Source: Planctomycetota bacterium
GTDB taxonomy: Bacteria > Planctomycetota > B15-G4
NCBI GenBank assembly: GCA_038212275.1
Contig: JBBQUR010000016.1
Coordinates: forward strand, 1-64,000
DNA: 64,000 nt
Direction of reading: 5' to 3'
Shown: one piece after another, positions 27,645 to 37,118 of the stretch
Numbering within the stretch: the stretch's first letter is position 1
Layout of the letters: the number at the start of each line of letters is the position of its first letter
The notes under the pieces: model-generated
The model's database searches: none
What the model was told of the DNA's origin: nothing
The model's input: the letters and a program-made list of their open reading frames with translations, nothing else
Translations under genes and position numbers: made by a program

Positions 27645-29642
27645 ATGTCGCACGCCGGTCCAATTCGCATCGCGCCGCGCGCCGGGCGCCGACGTGGCTC
27701 TCGGACGCTCCCCCTCGTCGCCACGCTCCCCCTAGTCGCCACGCTCGCGCTCTCGCTGGTGCTGGGCGCGGGCTGCAGCGCGCCGTCGTCTCACGTCACG
27801 TCGCCTCACGTCAGCACCGAGGCCTATCTCGCCGACGTGACCTGGCTGGCGGACGACGCGCGCGGCGGTCGCGACACCGGTTCACCGGAACTCTTCGCGA
27901 CGGCCGACTGGGTCGCGGAGAAGTTCCGCGAGGCGGGACTGCAACCGGCCGGAGACGATGGCACCTACCTGCAGCACTTCACCGTCAAGGGCGGGCGCAA
28001 CCTGACGGACGGCAACGCACTGGCGATTGCCGGGCGCGCGCTCTCGCTGCAGCTCGAGTACATGCCGCTGCAGACGGCGCTCACCGGGTCGGTGCACGCG
28101 CCGGCGGTGTTCGCGGGTTATGGCATCACGGACCCGGACGGCGGCCGCGACGACTACGCCGGCCTCGACGTGAAGGGCAAGGCCGTGATCGTGCTGCGGC
28201 GCGGGCCCAACGCCCAGGACCGCCGCACGCGCTATGCCGAGGGCGGCAAGGGGCGCGAGCGGACCAGCTTCGCGGCCAAGGTGAACAATGCCTTCCAGCG
28301 CGGCGCGGCGGCGCTGCTCATCGTCAACGATCCGCAGAGCTGCCCGCCGGACAGCCGCGAGGACGAGCTGCCCAGCTATCGCGCGCTGCCCGGCGAAGGC
28401 GTGTCGGCGTCGCTGCCCGCGGCGCGGCTCAGCGCGAAGGTGGCCAGCGAAGTGTTCGCGTCGCGGCAACTGGACCTGGCGGAGCTCCAGGCCGCACTCG
28501 ATGCAGGACAGCAGCGCGGCATGGAGCTCGAAGGCGTGACCGTGGCCTTCGAGGTGCGCGCGGCGCCGGCGGAGGTCGCCACGGTGAACGTGCTCGGCTA
28601 CCTGCCCGGCAACGACGCGGCGCTGGATGGCGAGCACGTGCTCATCGGCGCGCACATGGACCATCTCGGCCGCGGGATGCACTCCGGCTCGCGGGGCGGG
28701 CCGGCCGCCGTGGGGCAGGTCCACAACGGTGCGGACGACAATGCGTCGGGCACCGCGGGCGTGGTGGAGCTGGCCGGCGTGCTCGGCGCGCAGGCCGGCC
28801 AGCTGCGGCGCGGCGTGCTCTTCGCGGCGTGGAGCGGCGAGGAGTGGGGCCTGCTCGGCAGCCAGCACTACACGGAGTCGCCGACGCAACCGCTCGACAA
28901 GCTCGTGACCGCGATCAACATGGACATGATCGGCCGCAGCCGGCACGACGCGGTCATCGTGGAGGGCATGGGCACGTCGGCCGGCTTCCGCGAACTGGTC
29001 GTGAAGGCGCGCGACGATCTCGGCCTGAAGCTGGACCTGCAGCTGGCTGACCGGCCCAGCGACAACAGCGACCACGCCTCGTTCGTGCGCCGCGACATCC
29101 CCGTGATCAACTTCTTCACCGGCCTGCACGACGACTACCACATGCCGAGCGACGACACGGCGGCGATCAACGCGGCCGGCGGCGCCGTGATCGCCACGCT
29201 GGCCGGGCAATGCGCCCTGCTGATCGCCGAGGGAGACGGCCGCCCGTCCTTCACGCAGGCCGGCGGCGGCGATCCGGCCGGAGAAGCAGCACCCGCCAAT
29301 CCGCACGCAGCCAACCCGCCGGGCGCCCACGCCGGCGTGCCGAACGGCGACGCGCCGGTGCCCTACCGCGTGGTCTTCGGCAGCTCGCCCGACATGGGCT
29401 ACAGCCAGGAGGATGGCGTGAGGATCTCGGGCGTGAGGGCCGGAACGCCGGCCGAGCGCGCGGGCCTGAAGGCCGGCGACCTCATCACGGCCTTCGACGG
29501 CACGCCCATCAAGAATCTCGAGGACTACTCCGTGCTGCTGTTCCGGCACAAGCCGGGCGACGAGATCACGGTGACCGTGCGGCGCGGCTCCGAGACCCTG
29601 GAACTCAAGGCCGTCCTGACCGGGCAGGCCGGGGAAGGCTAG
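27645..29642 (+). CDS. M28 family peptidase with PA and PDZ domains (lipoprotein)
   Basis: GAGC lipobox, VFAGYGI..DDYAGLDVKGK (PA), GAHMDH, GADDNASG, GEEWGL, NMDMIG, SDH, DYH and C-terminal PDZ; GGAG RBS. Confidence 0.93.
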   Translation: MSHAGPIRIAPRAGRRRGSRTLPLVATLPLVATLALSLVLGAGCSAPSSHVTSPHVSTEAYLADVTWLADDARGGRDTGSPELFATADWVAEKFREAGLQPAGDDGTYLQHFTVKGGRNLTDGNALAIAGRALSLQLEYMPLQTALTGSVHAPAVFAGYGITDPDGGRDDYAGLDVKGKAVIVLRRGPNAQDRRTRYAEGGKGRERTSFAAKVNNAFQRGAAALLIVNDPQSCPPDSREDELPSYRALPGEGVSASLPAARLSAKVASEVFASRQLDLAELQAALDAGQQRGMELEGVTVAFEVRAAPAEVATVNVLGYLPGNDAALDGEHVLIGAHMDHLGRGMHSGSRGGPAAVGQVHNGADDNASGTAGVVELAGVLGAQAGQLRRGVLFAAWSGEEWGLLGSQHYTESPTQPLDKLVTAINMDMIGRSRHDAVIVEGMGTSAGFRELVVKARDDLGLKLDLQLADRPSDNSDHASFVRRDIPVINFFTGLHDDYHMPSDDTAAINAAGGAVIATLAGQCALLIAEGDGRPSFTQAGGGDPAGEAAPANPHAANPPGAHAGVPNGDAPVPYRVVFGSSPDMGYSQEDGVRISGVRAGTPAERAGLKAGDLITAFDGTPIKNLEDYSVLLFRHKPGDEITVTVRRGSETLELKAVLTGQAGEG

Positions 29643-29651
29643 GATTGCCGC

Positions 29652-30827
29652 ATGGCAAGTTCCGTGAAGCGTCGTTCCACGATCCAGGTCCCCGTCGGCA
29701 AGCTGGTCCTCGGCAGCGAGCACAAGGTGCGCGTGCAGTCGATGACCAACACCGATTCGCGTGATGCCGATGCCACCGTGGCGCAGATCAAGGCGCTGGA
29801 GGAGGCCGGCTGCGAGCTGGTGCGCGTGACGATCCCCGACATCGAGAGCGCGCGCAACATCCCGCACTTCCTGCGGAACATGGACGTGCCCTTCATCGCG
29901 GACATCCACTTCAACCACGCGATGGCGCTGGCCGCCATCGAGGCCGGCGCGCACAAGGTGCGCATCAACCCGGGCAACATCGGCAGCGAGAAGAAGGTCG
30001 CGGAGGTCATGCAGGCCGCGAAGGTGAAGCAGACCACGATGCGCATCGGCGTGAACAGCGGCAGTCTCGAGAAGGACCTGCTGGACAAGCACGGCTGGCC
30101 GTCGCCCGAGGCGCTGGCGGAGAGCGCCGTGCGGCACGTGGCCTTCGCGCGCAAGTACGGCGTCGAGCGCCTCGTGGTCTCGATCAAGTCCACCGACGTG
30201 CCCAGCGCCGTGGCCGCCAACCGCCTCTTCGCGGCGCAGAGCGACGTGCCTCTGCACGTGGGCATGACCGAGGCGGGCGATCTGCAGTATGGCAGCGTCA
30301 AGTCCGCCGCCGGCATCGGTGCGCTGCTGCTCGACGGCATCGGCGACACGATCCGCGTCTCGCTCACCGCGGACCCGGTGCTGGAAATCCCGGTCGCCTA
30401 CGACATCCTCAAGTGCTGCGGCATCCGCGTGATTTCGCCGGAAATCATCGCGTGCCCGACCTGCGGGCGCATCGACATCGACCTCGAGAAGATCGTGGCC
30501 GAGGTCAAGCAGCGCCTGAAGAAGCACACGCTGCCCGTGAAGATCTCCGTGCTCGGCTGCGCCGTGAACGGGCCGGGCGAGGCGCGCGAGGCGGACATCG
30601 GCATCGCGGGCGGCGCCGGCGAGGGCCTGCTCTTCCGCAAGGGCAAGGTGGTGCGCAAGGTGCGCGAGGACCAGATCGTGGACGCGCTCATCGAGGAACT
30701 GGACGCGATGGAAGCCGAGCGCGCGGCGGCGGGCATCGTCAACGACGACATCGATCCGGAGAAGCGCGGCCCGGCAGCGCGCACCCCGGCCGGCGCCGTG
30801 CCGGTCGTGGGCCAGTCCACGCCGTGA
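29652..30827 (+). CDS. ispG: (E)-4-hydroxy-3-methylbut-2-enyl-diphosphate synthase
   Basis: VQSMTNT, ADIHF, RINPGNIG, GDTIRVSLT, ACPTCGR and GCAVNGPGE. Confidence 0.98.
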   Translation: MASSVKRRSTIQVPVGKLVLGSEHKVRVQSMTNTDSRDADATVAQIKALEEAGCELVRVTIPDIESARNIPHFLRNMDVPFIADIHFNHAMALAAIEAGAHKVRINPGNIGSEKKVAEVMQAAKVKQTTMRIGVNSGSLEKDLLDKHGWPSPEALAESAVRHVAFARKYGVERLVVSIKSTDVPSAVAANRLFAAQSDVPLHVGMTEAGDLQYGSVKSAAGIGALLLDGIGDTIRVSLTADPVLEIPVAYDILKCCGIRVISPEIIACPTCGRIDIDLEKIVAEVKQRLKKHTLPVKISVLGCAVNGPGEAREADIGIAGGAGEGLLFRKGKVVRKVREDQIVDALIEELDAMEAERAAAGIVNDDIDPEKRGPAARTPAGAVPVVGQSTP

Positions 30828-32812
30828 CACACGGCATGCGGGCCTTCGCAGGGCGCGGCCGTGTCGTCCTCTGCGTGCTTCTCGCGCTGGCGCTTGGTGG
30901 GCTGCAGGCGCCGCTTGCAGCGCAGGGCAAGGTGAACCCGGTGCACATCACCGCGCGCGGTCCCGCCGAAGCGGTGCCCGCGGGCGATGCCTTCGTGGTC
31001 ACGCTCGACGTGACCATCGACTTCGGCTGGCACGTCTACGCTCACGACAACGAACCCCCGTACATTCCCGTCTCGGTGGAGGGCGTCAGCGCGGACGGCA
31101 TCGTCTTCGATTCCGCCGAGTACCCGACCGCGTCGCGCACGGTCGCGGTTCCCGAACTGGACGAGAGCTACAAGGCGCTCGAGGGCCATTTCGAGGTTCG
31201 CGCGCTCTTCCACACGGAGGGGACGCGGGCGCCGGGCGAGGCTCATGCGAAGGGCACGTTTTCCTGGCAGGCCTGCACGGAAAGCAGTTGCCTCAACCCG
31301 GCGAGCGAGAGCTTTGATGTCGCAGTGACGGTGAGCGCTCCCGCGCCGGGCGGGCCCTCCGTGAAGGAGGCCGGGACTGCGGGGAGTGCGGATCCGCCAG
31401 CCGGAGGCCGAGCACTCGCGGCGGGGAGCGGTGCGCCGCCGGCCACGACGCTCGAAGGCAATTTCGAGAGCGCGCTCGCGGCGGGGGATGTCTTCGGCGT
31501 GATCTGGCTGTCGATCGTTCTCGCGCTCGTCTCGCTGCTCACGCCGTGCGTGTTCCCGATGATCCCGATCACGATCTCGTTCTTCACCAAGCGCGGCGGC
31601 GAGGAAAGCCGCGGGCAGGGCACGCGCTACGCGTTGGCCTACGGGCTCGGCATCGTCGGCACTTACACGGGCTTCGGTGTCGGCATGGCGCTGCTGCTCG
31701 GTGCCAGTTCGCTGCAGAGTTTCGCGGCGGACCCGATCACGAACCTCGCCATCGGGGCGCTTTTCGTGTTCTTCGGCCTGTCGCTCATGGGCTTCTACGA
31801 TCTGAAGCCGCCCGCCTTCCTCGCGCGCCGCGCCGAGTCGGGCATGGCCGGGGGAGCACGCGGCTACCTTCCCGTCATCGCGATGGGCTTCGTGTTCACG
31901 GTGACGGCCTTCACCTGCACCGCGCCGATCATCGGCTCGCTGCTCGCGCAGATCACGTCGAGCGGCTCGCCGGGGTTGATCGTCGTCGGGATGCTCTCCT
32001 ACTCGGCGGCCTTTGCGGCTCCCTTCGTGCTGCTCGCGATGTTTCCGGGCATGGTCGGCCGGCTGCCGGGGGCGGGCGGCTGGATGATCACGCTCAAGGC
32101 GACGCTCGGCTTCATCGAGCTCATCGCGGCGCTGAAGTTCTTCAGCAATGCGGACCTGAGCTGGGACCTGCAGCTCCTGTCGCGGCCCGTGATGCTCATG
32201 CTCGGCGTGCTGCTGTCCGCGGCCCTGGCGCTGTACCTCTTCGGCACCTACCGGCTGCCGCACGACGTGCCCGGGCGGCGACGCGTGCTCTCGCTCCGGA
32301 CGCTGGCCGCGCTGCTCGCCGTGCTTCTCTGCCTCTATCTCGCGCGGGGACTGCCCGGCCACGAGCTGGACACCTGGACCGAGGCCTACCTGCCCGACCA
32401 CGACTATGCGGCGGGTGTCGGCGGCGCGAGCCGGCCCTCGACCGGAGCCGGCGTGAACTGGGTGGAGGACTACCAAGAGGCCCGGAAACTCGCCGCTGCG
32501 GAGAATCGGAATCTCTTCATCGACTTCACCGGCATCACCTGCGTCAACTGCCGCAAGGTGCAGAAGGCCATCTTCGACAAGTCGGATTTCGCACCGCTCA
32601 TGGACCACGTCGTCCCGACAAAGCTGTACACGGACCGGAAGGGACCGCACGCGGCCGGCGACGCGGCCAACCAGCAGCTCATGGAAACCTTGGGTTCCGT
32701 GACGCTGCCGCTCTACATCCTGATGTCCCCCGACGGAAAGGTGCTGAAGCACCGGGGCTATACGGCGGACATCTCGGTGACCGACTTCGCCACTTTCGTG
32801 GAGGCCCCATGA
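30824..32812 (+). CDS. dsbD: DsbD-like thiol:disulfide interchange protein
   Basis: N-domain GWHVY and QACTESSC, TM domain LTPCVFP and FTCTAP, thioredoxin DFTG..CVNC. Start is GTG 30824 or ATG 30836. Confidence 0.92.
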   Translation: MTHGMRAFAGRGRVVLCVLLALALGGLQAPLAAQGKVNPVHITARGPAEAVPAGDAFVVTLDVTIDFGWHVYAHDNEPPYIPVSVEGVSADGIVFDSAEYPTASRTVAVPELDESYKALEGHFEVRALFHTEGTRAPGEAHAKGTFSWQACTESSCLNPASESFDVAVTVSAPAPGGPSVKEAGTAGSADPPAGGRALAAGSGAPPATTLEGNFESALAAGDVFGVIWLSIVLALVSLLTPCVFPMIPITISFFTKRGGEESRGQGTRYALAYGLGIVGTYTGFGVGMALLLGASSLQSFAADPITNLAIGALFVFFGLSLMGFYDLKPPAFLARRAESGMAGGARGYLPVIAMGFVFTVTAFTCTAPIIGSLLAQITSSGSPGLIVVGMLSYSAAFAAPFVLLAMFPGMVGRLPGAGGWMITLKATLGFIELIAALKFFSNADLSWDLQLLSRPVMLMLGVLLSAALALYLFGTYRLPHDVPGRRRVLSLRTLAALLAVLLCLYLARGLPGHELDTWTEAYLPDHDYAAGVGGASRPSTGAGVNWVEDYQEARKLAAAENRNLFIDFTGITCVNCRKVQKAIFDKSDFAPLMDHVVPTKLYTDRKGPHAAGDAANQQLMETLGSVTLPLYILMSPDGKVLKHRGYTADISVTDFATFVEAP

Positions 32813-33462
32813 GCAGCCCATCCCAGCCCGCCATGCCTGGCCGTGCGGCCCATGAAGGGCCCGAATCGACCTCGGCGCCGGTCAACGGCGGCCCGCTGCT
32901 GCGCGTGGTGGACACACCCCGCATCGAGGCTGCCGTGCGCGAGATCCTGCAGGCCGTGGGGGAGGACCCGGACCGCGACGGCCTGCTGGGCACGCCCAAT
33001 CGGGTGGCCCGGATGTACGCCGAGATCCTGTCGGGGAACGAGGTGGACCCGGCGCGGCATCTGGCCGTGACCTTCGCCGAAGACCACCACGAAATGGTGC
33101 TGGTGAAGGACATTCCCTTCGAGTCGCTGTGCGAGCACCACATGATGCCGTTCCACGGCCGCGCGCATGTGGCCTACGTGCCGCAGGGCCGAATCGTCGG
33201 GCTGTCCAAGATTGCCCGCGTGGTGGAGGAGTACGCCCGGCGGCTCCAGGTGCAGGAGCGCCTGACCTCGCAGATCGCGGACCTCATCATGAACACGCTG
33301 GAGGCGCACGGTGTGGGCGTGGTGCTTGAGGCCACCCACACCTGCATGTCGATGCGGGGCATCCGCAAGCCGGGCGCCGTGATGGTGACCTCTGCCCTCC
33401 GCGGCACGTTCCGCAGCTGCCCCGAGACCCGCTCCGAGTTCATGAACATCATCAAGAGCTGA
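32809..33462 (+). CDS. folE: GTP cyclohydrolase I
   Basis: GEDPDRDGL..TP.RV, SLCEHH, GLSK, RLQVQERLT and HTCMSMRG; ATGA overlap. Confidence 0.97.
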   Translation: MSSPSQPAMPGRAAHEGPESTSAPVNGGPLLRVVDTPRIEAAVREILQAVGEDPDRDGLLGTPNRVARMYAEILSGNEVDPARHLAVTFAEDHHEMVLVKDIPFESLCEHHMMPFHGRAHVAYVPQGRIVGLSKIARVVEEYARRLQVQERLTSQIADLIMNTLEAHGVGVVLEATHTCMSMRGIRKPGAVMVTSALRGTFRSCPETRSEFMNIIKS

Positions 33463-33591
33463 GCGACCGCCCGGGCCGGCGCGGGGCTGCCGCCGAGAGC
33501 CCGGAAGAATAATGCCTGCCCCGATGAGTTGCTGGAGACTCCAGCCGAGCTCAAGGTGATGACGCGCCGCGAGGTTGCTCGACGCACTTTC

Positions 33592-33654
33592 GCGAGCCTC
33601 GTTTCAGGCTCTGCGAGCATCGCTTCAGACTCTGCGAGCCTCGTTTCAGACACA
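33592..33654. repeat. 21-bp tandem repeat x3 (GCGAGCCTCGTTTCAGACTCT)
   Basis: Units at 33592, 33613 and 33634. Confidence 0.8.
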
Positions 33655-33703
33655 GGGCGGCACCGAAAGGCGCTGACTCTCGTGCATCCCGGCGCCTGGA
33701 GTG

Positions 33704-33739
33704 CCGGCGCCCCGACCGGCGCCCCGACCGGCGCCCCGA
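33704..33739. repeat. 12-bp tandem repeat x3 (CCGGCGCCCCGA)
   Basis: Units at 33704, 33716 and 33728. Confidence 0.8.
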
Positions 33740-33997
33740 TCGGGACCGGGGCCAGCTTCCCGGGACTGGCCGGTTCACCGCGACCAGAAAAACAGTTTGG
33801 GGCGCAACCTAGCCCGATGTCGGAAACCCGCCTATACTCCGCACGCGAAGCCAATTCGCTCCCCAACTGTCCTTGGCAGCTCGACTGGTCCCCGAAACCA
33901 GTCAGGCGACCCCGAACCATGCCAATGGCAGCGCGAAATGGCTTTCCGACGTGTGCGCCCGCTCTCCCTGCGTTCTCTCCCCTCCCGGAGTCCGCTG

Positions 33998-34549
33998 ATG
34001 AAATTCCCTCGTGCGGCACTGGTAGTGGCCGGACTTGCGCTGGTCACGGTTCCGCTTTTCGCAGCGGTGAAAGCGATGACGCTTTCCGAGCTCATGGAGC
34101 TCACCCAGGACACGGCCCTTGTGCACATCGTCGACAAGACGACCTTCACTTCGGACCTTCCGTTCGAGGGCGCCGTCTTCACGCGCCTCACCGTCAAGGG
34201 TGAGTCGCTGCGCACGGGGGACGAGGTCTCCACCCAGATCATCTTCCTGGGAAGCCACGATCCCGCAGACCACTTCGCGAGCAGCGAAATGCCGACGCTG
34301 CAGGACACGCGTGTCGGCGGCGACGCGATCCTGTTCCTGTACAGGGACGCCACGATGCCCGGCACGCCGTTCCGCGTGTCGAGCCACGCCGACGTGTATC
34401 GCGTGGAGCGCGCCTTCGGCACCGACGTCGTGATCGGCAAGGGCGAGGGCGCGGCGTTCACGGAAAACGTGCCGCTCGTCGTGGCGCGTGACCGCGTCCG
34501 CCAGACGGACGTCGCGCAGCGCGCCGCCAAGTCGCAGGCCGGAAAGTAG
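33998..34549 (+). CDS. Secreted 183-aa hypothetical protein, matrixin partner copy 1
   Basis: Signal peptide MKFPRAALVVAGLALVTVPLFA and GGAG RBS; clear paralog at 36559. Confidence 0.88.
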   Translation: MKFPRAALVVAGLALVTVPLFAAVKAMTLSELMELTQDTALVHIVDKTTFTSDLPFEGAVFTRLTVKGESLRTGDEVSTQIIFLGSHDPADHFASSEMPTLQDTRVGGDAILFLYRDATMPGTPFRVSSHADVYRVERAFGTDVVIGKGEGAAFTENVPLVVARDRVRQTDVAQRAAKSQAGK

Positions 34550-34556
34550 GGCTGCC

Positions 34557-36437
34557 ATGAAACTCGACACCCGCAATCTGCTGGCGATCGGTGGCCTTGC
34601 CGCGACGGCGCTCGTGGTGGCTGCCTTCTCGCTCCCGACGAGCACGGCCGCGTTCGCCACGCTCGGCGGCAGCCTCGGCACCGGTCAGCGCGACTTCCGC
34701 GTGTTCAACAACTTCTCCGACTCGACCGCGAACAACAACGTCACGCCGCACGTGAACTTCCCGGGACAGACCGGCGCCGTGATGGCCATCTGGAAGGCCG
34801 AGTCCGAGTGGGCCAGCGAGCCCGTCGGCGGCAACGGACTCGGAGACGGCATCTCCGGCAACCCGATCCTGGGCAGCGGCAACGCGAACTTCGACACGAT
34901 CTTCCAGGGAACGGCGACGTCGGCGGGCAACAGCAACGCCAACATCCACTCGGAGCTGACGGGCAGCGACGGCGGAGTGCTCGCCTTCACGCTGTCGCCG
35001 ATCAGCGATGGCTGGACCATCAAGTACTACTCGACGTGGACCTGGCAGGACGGCCCCGGCTCCGTGAGCTCGGGCATCGACATCCAGGGCGTGGCCTGCC
35101 ACGAGATCGGCCACTCGCTCGGGCTTGACCACTCCAATGCGTCGGGCACGCCGACGATGACGGCTTTCATCAGCGGCACAGGCACGAGCCAGCGTTCGAT
35201 CGAGTCCGACGACATCGCCGGACTCCAGTCGATCTATGGTGTGAAGTCGGCCGGCAAGCCGCACATCTCGTCGATTTCCGGCACCAAGCAGATCGGCCAG
35301 CCGCTCACGATCACCGGCACCAACTTCGCCGCGACCGGCGGCGAGGTCTGGTTCACCAAGTTGAACAGCGACGGCGCTCCCGCAAAAGTGACGAACGTCT
35401 CGTCCACCGGCGGCGGCACGTCGATCACCGTCACGATTCCGAACGGCGTGCAGGACGGAGAGGTGATGGTGAAGAACAACACCGACACCGACTCCAGCCT
35501 CTCGAATGCCTTCCCGATCGACACGAACGCCGCGAGCGGCAATCCGCCCAACGTCTTCAGCATCAGCCCGGGCTTCGGCTTCGCGGGCGGTTTCTCCACA
35601 GTGGCGATCACGGGTGTCGGTTTCACGGGCACCACGAGCGTGAAGTTCAACGACGCGGATGCGCTGGATTTCACCGTGAACAGCGACACGCTGATCACCG
35701 CGACGGCTCCGGGCGGACCGCTGTTCGGCCTTGCCGACGTCACGGTCACCGATGGTGACGGCGCCGCCACGCTGGCTTCGGCCTACTTCTTTACCTTCGA
35801 CCCGCTGGCGTCGATCTCCTCGGTCACGCCGAACTTCGGTCCGACCGCGGGCGGCACGCAGGTCTCGATCACCGGCACCTCCGTGATCGGCGTCACGAGC
35901 GTCACCTTCGGCGGCGTGCCGGGCACGCAGCTCGACGTGGTCAGCTCCACCGAGCTCACCGTGTTCACGCCGGCTGGCGTCGCAGGTCCCGTGGACGTGG
36001 TCGCGATCGCATCCAACCCTGCGACGATCGTCGCCGGCTTCTCGTACATGGATGAAGGCCTGTTCACCGTCTTCGGGACGGGCGTGCCGGGCCTCTCGGC
36101 GACGGCGCCGCAGCTCAACGGTGCGGGCGACCTCACGCCGGGCAGCGGCACGGGCTTCATGCTGTTGACCAGTGGCGCGGCTCCTCTCGCGCCGGCCGCC
36201 CTGTTCGTCAGCCTCGTGCAGGGCAACGTGCCCTTCAAGGGCGGCACGATCTACACCTTCCCGATCCTGCTGGACATCAGCCTGATCACCAGCGCCTCCG
36301 GCACCATCAGCTTGCCCGCCCAGATTCCGGCGGGCACCCCGACGGCAACGAATTTCTTCCTGCAATGCTGGGTGCAGGATGCCGGCGCCGTGCACGGCAT
36401 CGCATCCACGAACGGCCTTCAGGTGACCACGCCTTGA
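34557..36437 (+). CDS. Matrixin (M10-like metzincin) with IPT/TIG repeats and shared CTD, copy 1
   Basis: HEIGHSLGLDH, Met-turn PTM, DDIAGLQSIYG and three IPT-like repeats (ITGTNF, ITGVGF, ITGTSV); signal peptide. Confidence 0.92.
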   Translation: MKLDTRNLLAIGGLAATALVVAAFSLPTSTAAFATLGGSLGTGQRDFRVFNNFSDSTANNNVTPHVNFPGQTGAVMAIWKAESEWASEPVGGNGLGDGISGNPILGSGNANFDTIFQGTATSAGNSNANIHSELTGSDGGVLAFTLSPISDGWTIKYYSTWTWQDGPGSVSSGIDIQGVACHEIGHSLGLDHSNASGTPTMTAFISGTGTSQRSIESDDIAGLQSIYGVKSAGKPHISSISGTKQIGQPLTITGTNFAATGGEVWFTKLNSDGAPAKVTNVSSTGGGTSITVTIPNGVQDGEVMVKNNTDTDSSLSNAFPIDTNAASGNPPNVFSISPGFGFAGGFSTVAITGVGFTGTTSVKFNDADALDFTVNSDTLITATAPGGPLFGLADVTVTDGDGAATLASAYFFTFDPLASISSVTPNFGPTAGGTQVSITGTSVIGVTSVTFGGVPGTQLDVVSSTELTVFTPAGVAGPVDVVAIASNPATIVAGFSYMDEGLFTVFGTGVPGLSATAPQLNGAGDLTPGSGTGFMLLTSGAAPLAPAALFVSLVQGNVPFKGGTIYTFPILLDISLITSASGTISLPAQIPAGTPTATNFFLQCWVQDAGAVHGIASTNGLQVTTP

Positions 36438-36558
36438 TCGGCCGACTGCGGAATTGCCGAACGGTTGGCGCGTTCGACAAGACCGTGCTCTCCCTCTCCC
36501 CCTCAGTTCCGCCAATCCCGACTTCTCTTCCTCAATTTCGTATCCACGGAGATCATCC

Positions 36559-37110
36559 ATGAAAATTCTCAAGGCCGCGGCCGTGCTGCTTGGCGTAGCG
36601 CTCGTCGCGATTCCCGCAGGTGCCGCCATCAAGGCGATGACCCTGGCGGAGGCGATGGAGATCAACTCCGACGTCCTGCACGGTCGCATCATGTCCAAGA
36701 CGACGGTGAAGACCGACAGGCCGCTCGAGGGCATGGTCTACACGCACATCACCGTGGAGGGCGAGTCGCTCACCACGGGCGAGAAGGTCACCAAGGAGCT
36801 CGTGTTCCTCGGCAGCCACGACACGAAGGACAACTACGGCACGAGCGAGATGCCCACGCAGCAGGACACGCGCGTCGGCGGCGATGCCCTCATCATGTAC
36901 TCGCATGACGAGTCCGGCGCCACGCCGGTGGATCGCGTCTCCGATTTCTCGGCGGTCTATCGCGTCGAGCTCGCCTTCGGCGAGCCCGTCGTCATCGGCA
37001 AGGGCGAGGGCTTCGCCTTCCCCGAGAACGTGAAGCTCGCCGAGGCCCGCACGCGGGTCCTCAAGGCTCACGCTGACATCATGGCTGCCAAGACCAAGGC
37101 CGGAAAGTAA
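36559..37110 (+). CDS. Secreted 183-aa hypothetical protein, matrixin partner copy 2
   Basis: Signal peptide and GGAG RBS. Shares KAMTL, FLGSHD, SEMPT.QDTRVGGDA and VVIGKGEG with copy 1. Confidence 0.88.
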   Translation: MKILKAAAVLLGVALVAIPAGAAIKAMTLAEAMEINSDVLHGRIMSKTTVKTDRPLEGMVYTHITVEGESLTTGEKVTKELVFLGSHDTKDNYGTSEMPTQQDTRVGGDALIMYSHDESGATPVDRVSDFSAVYRVELAFGEPVVIGKGEGFAFPENVKLAEARTRVLKAHADIMAAKTKAGK

Positions 37111-37118
37111 AGGAACAC

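Noticed and set aside
33174..34019. Minus-strand 281-aa ORF with heptad-like ETRLAES repeats
   Set aside because: Overlaps folE antisense, and the heptads simply mirror the 21-bp DNA repeat.
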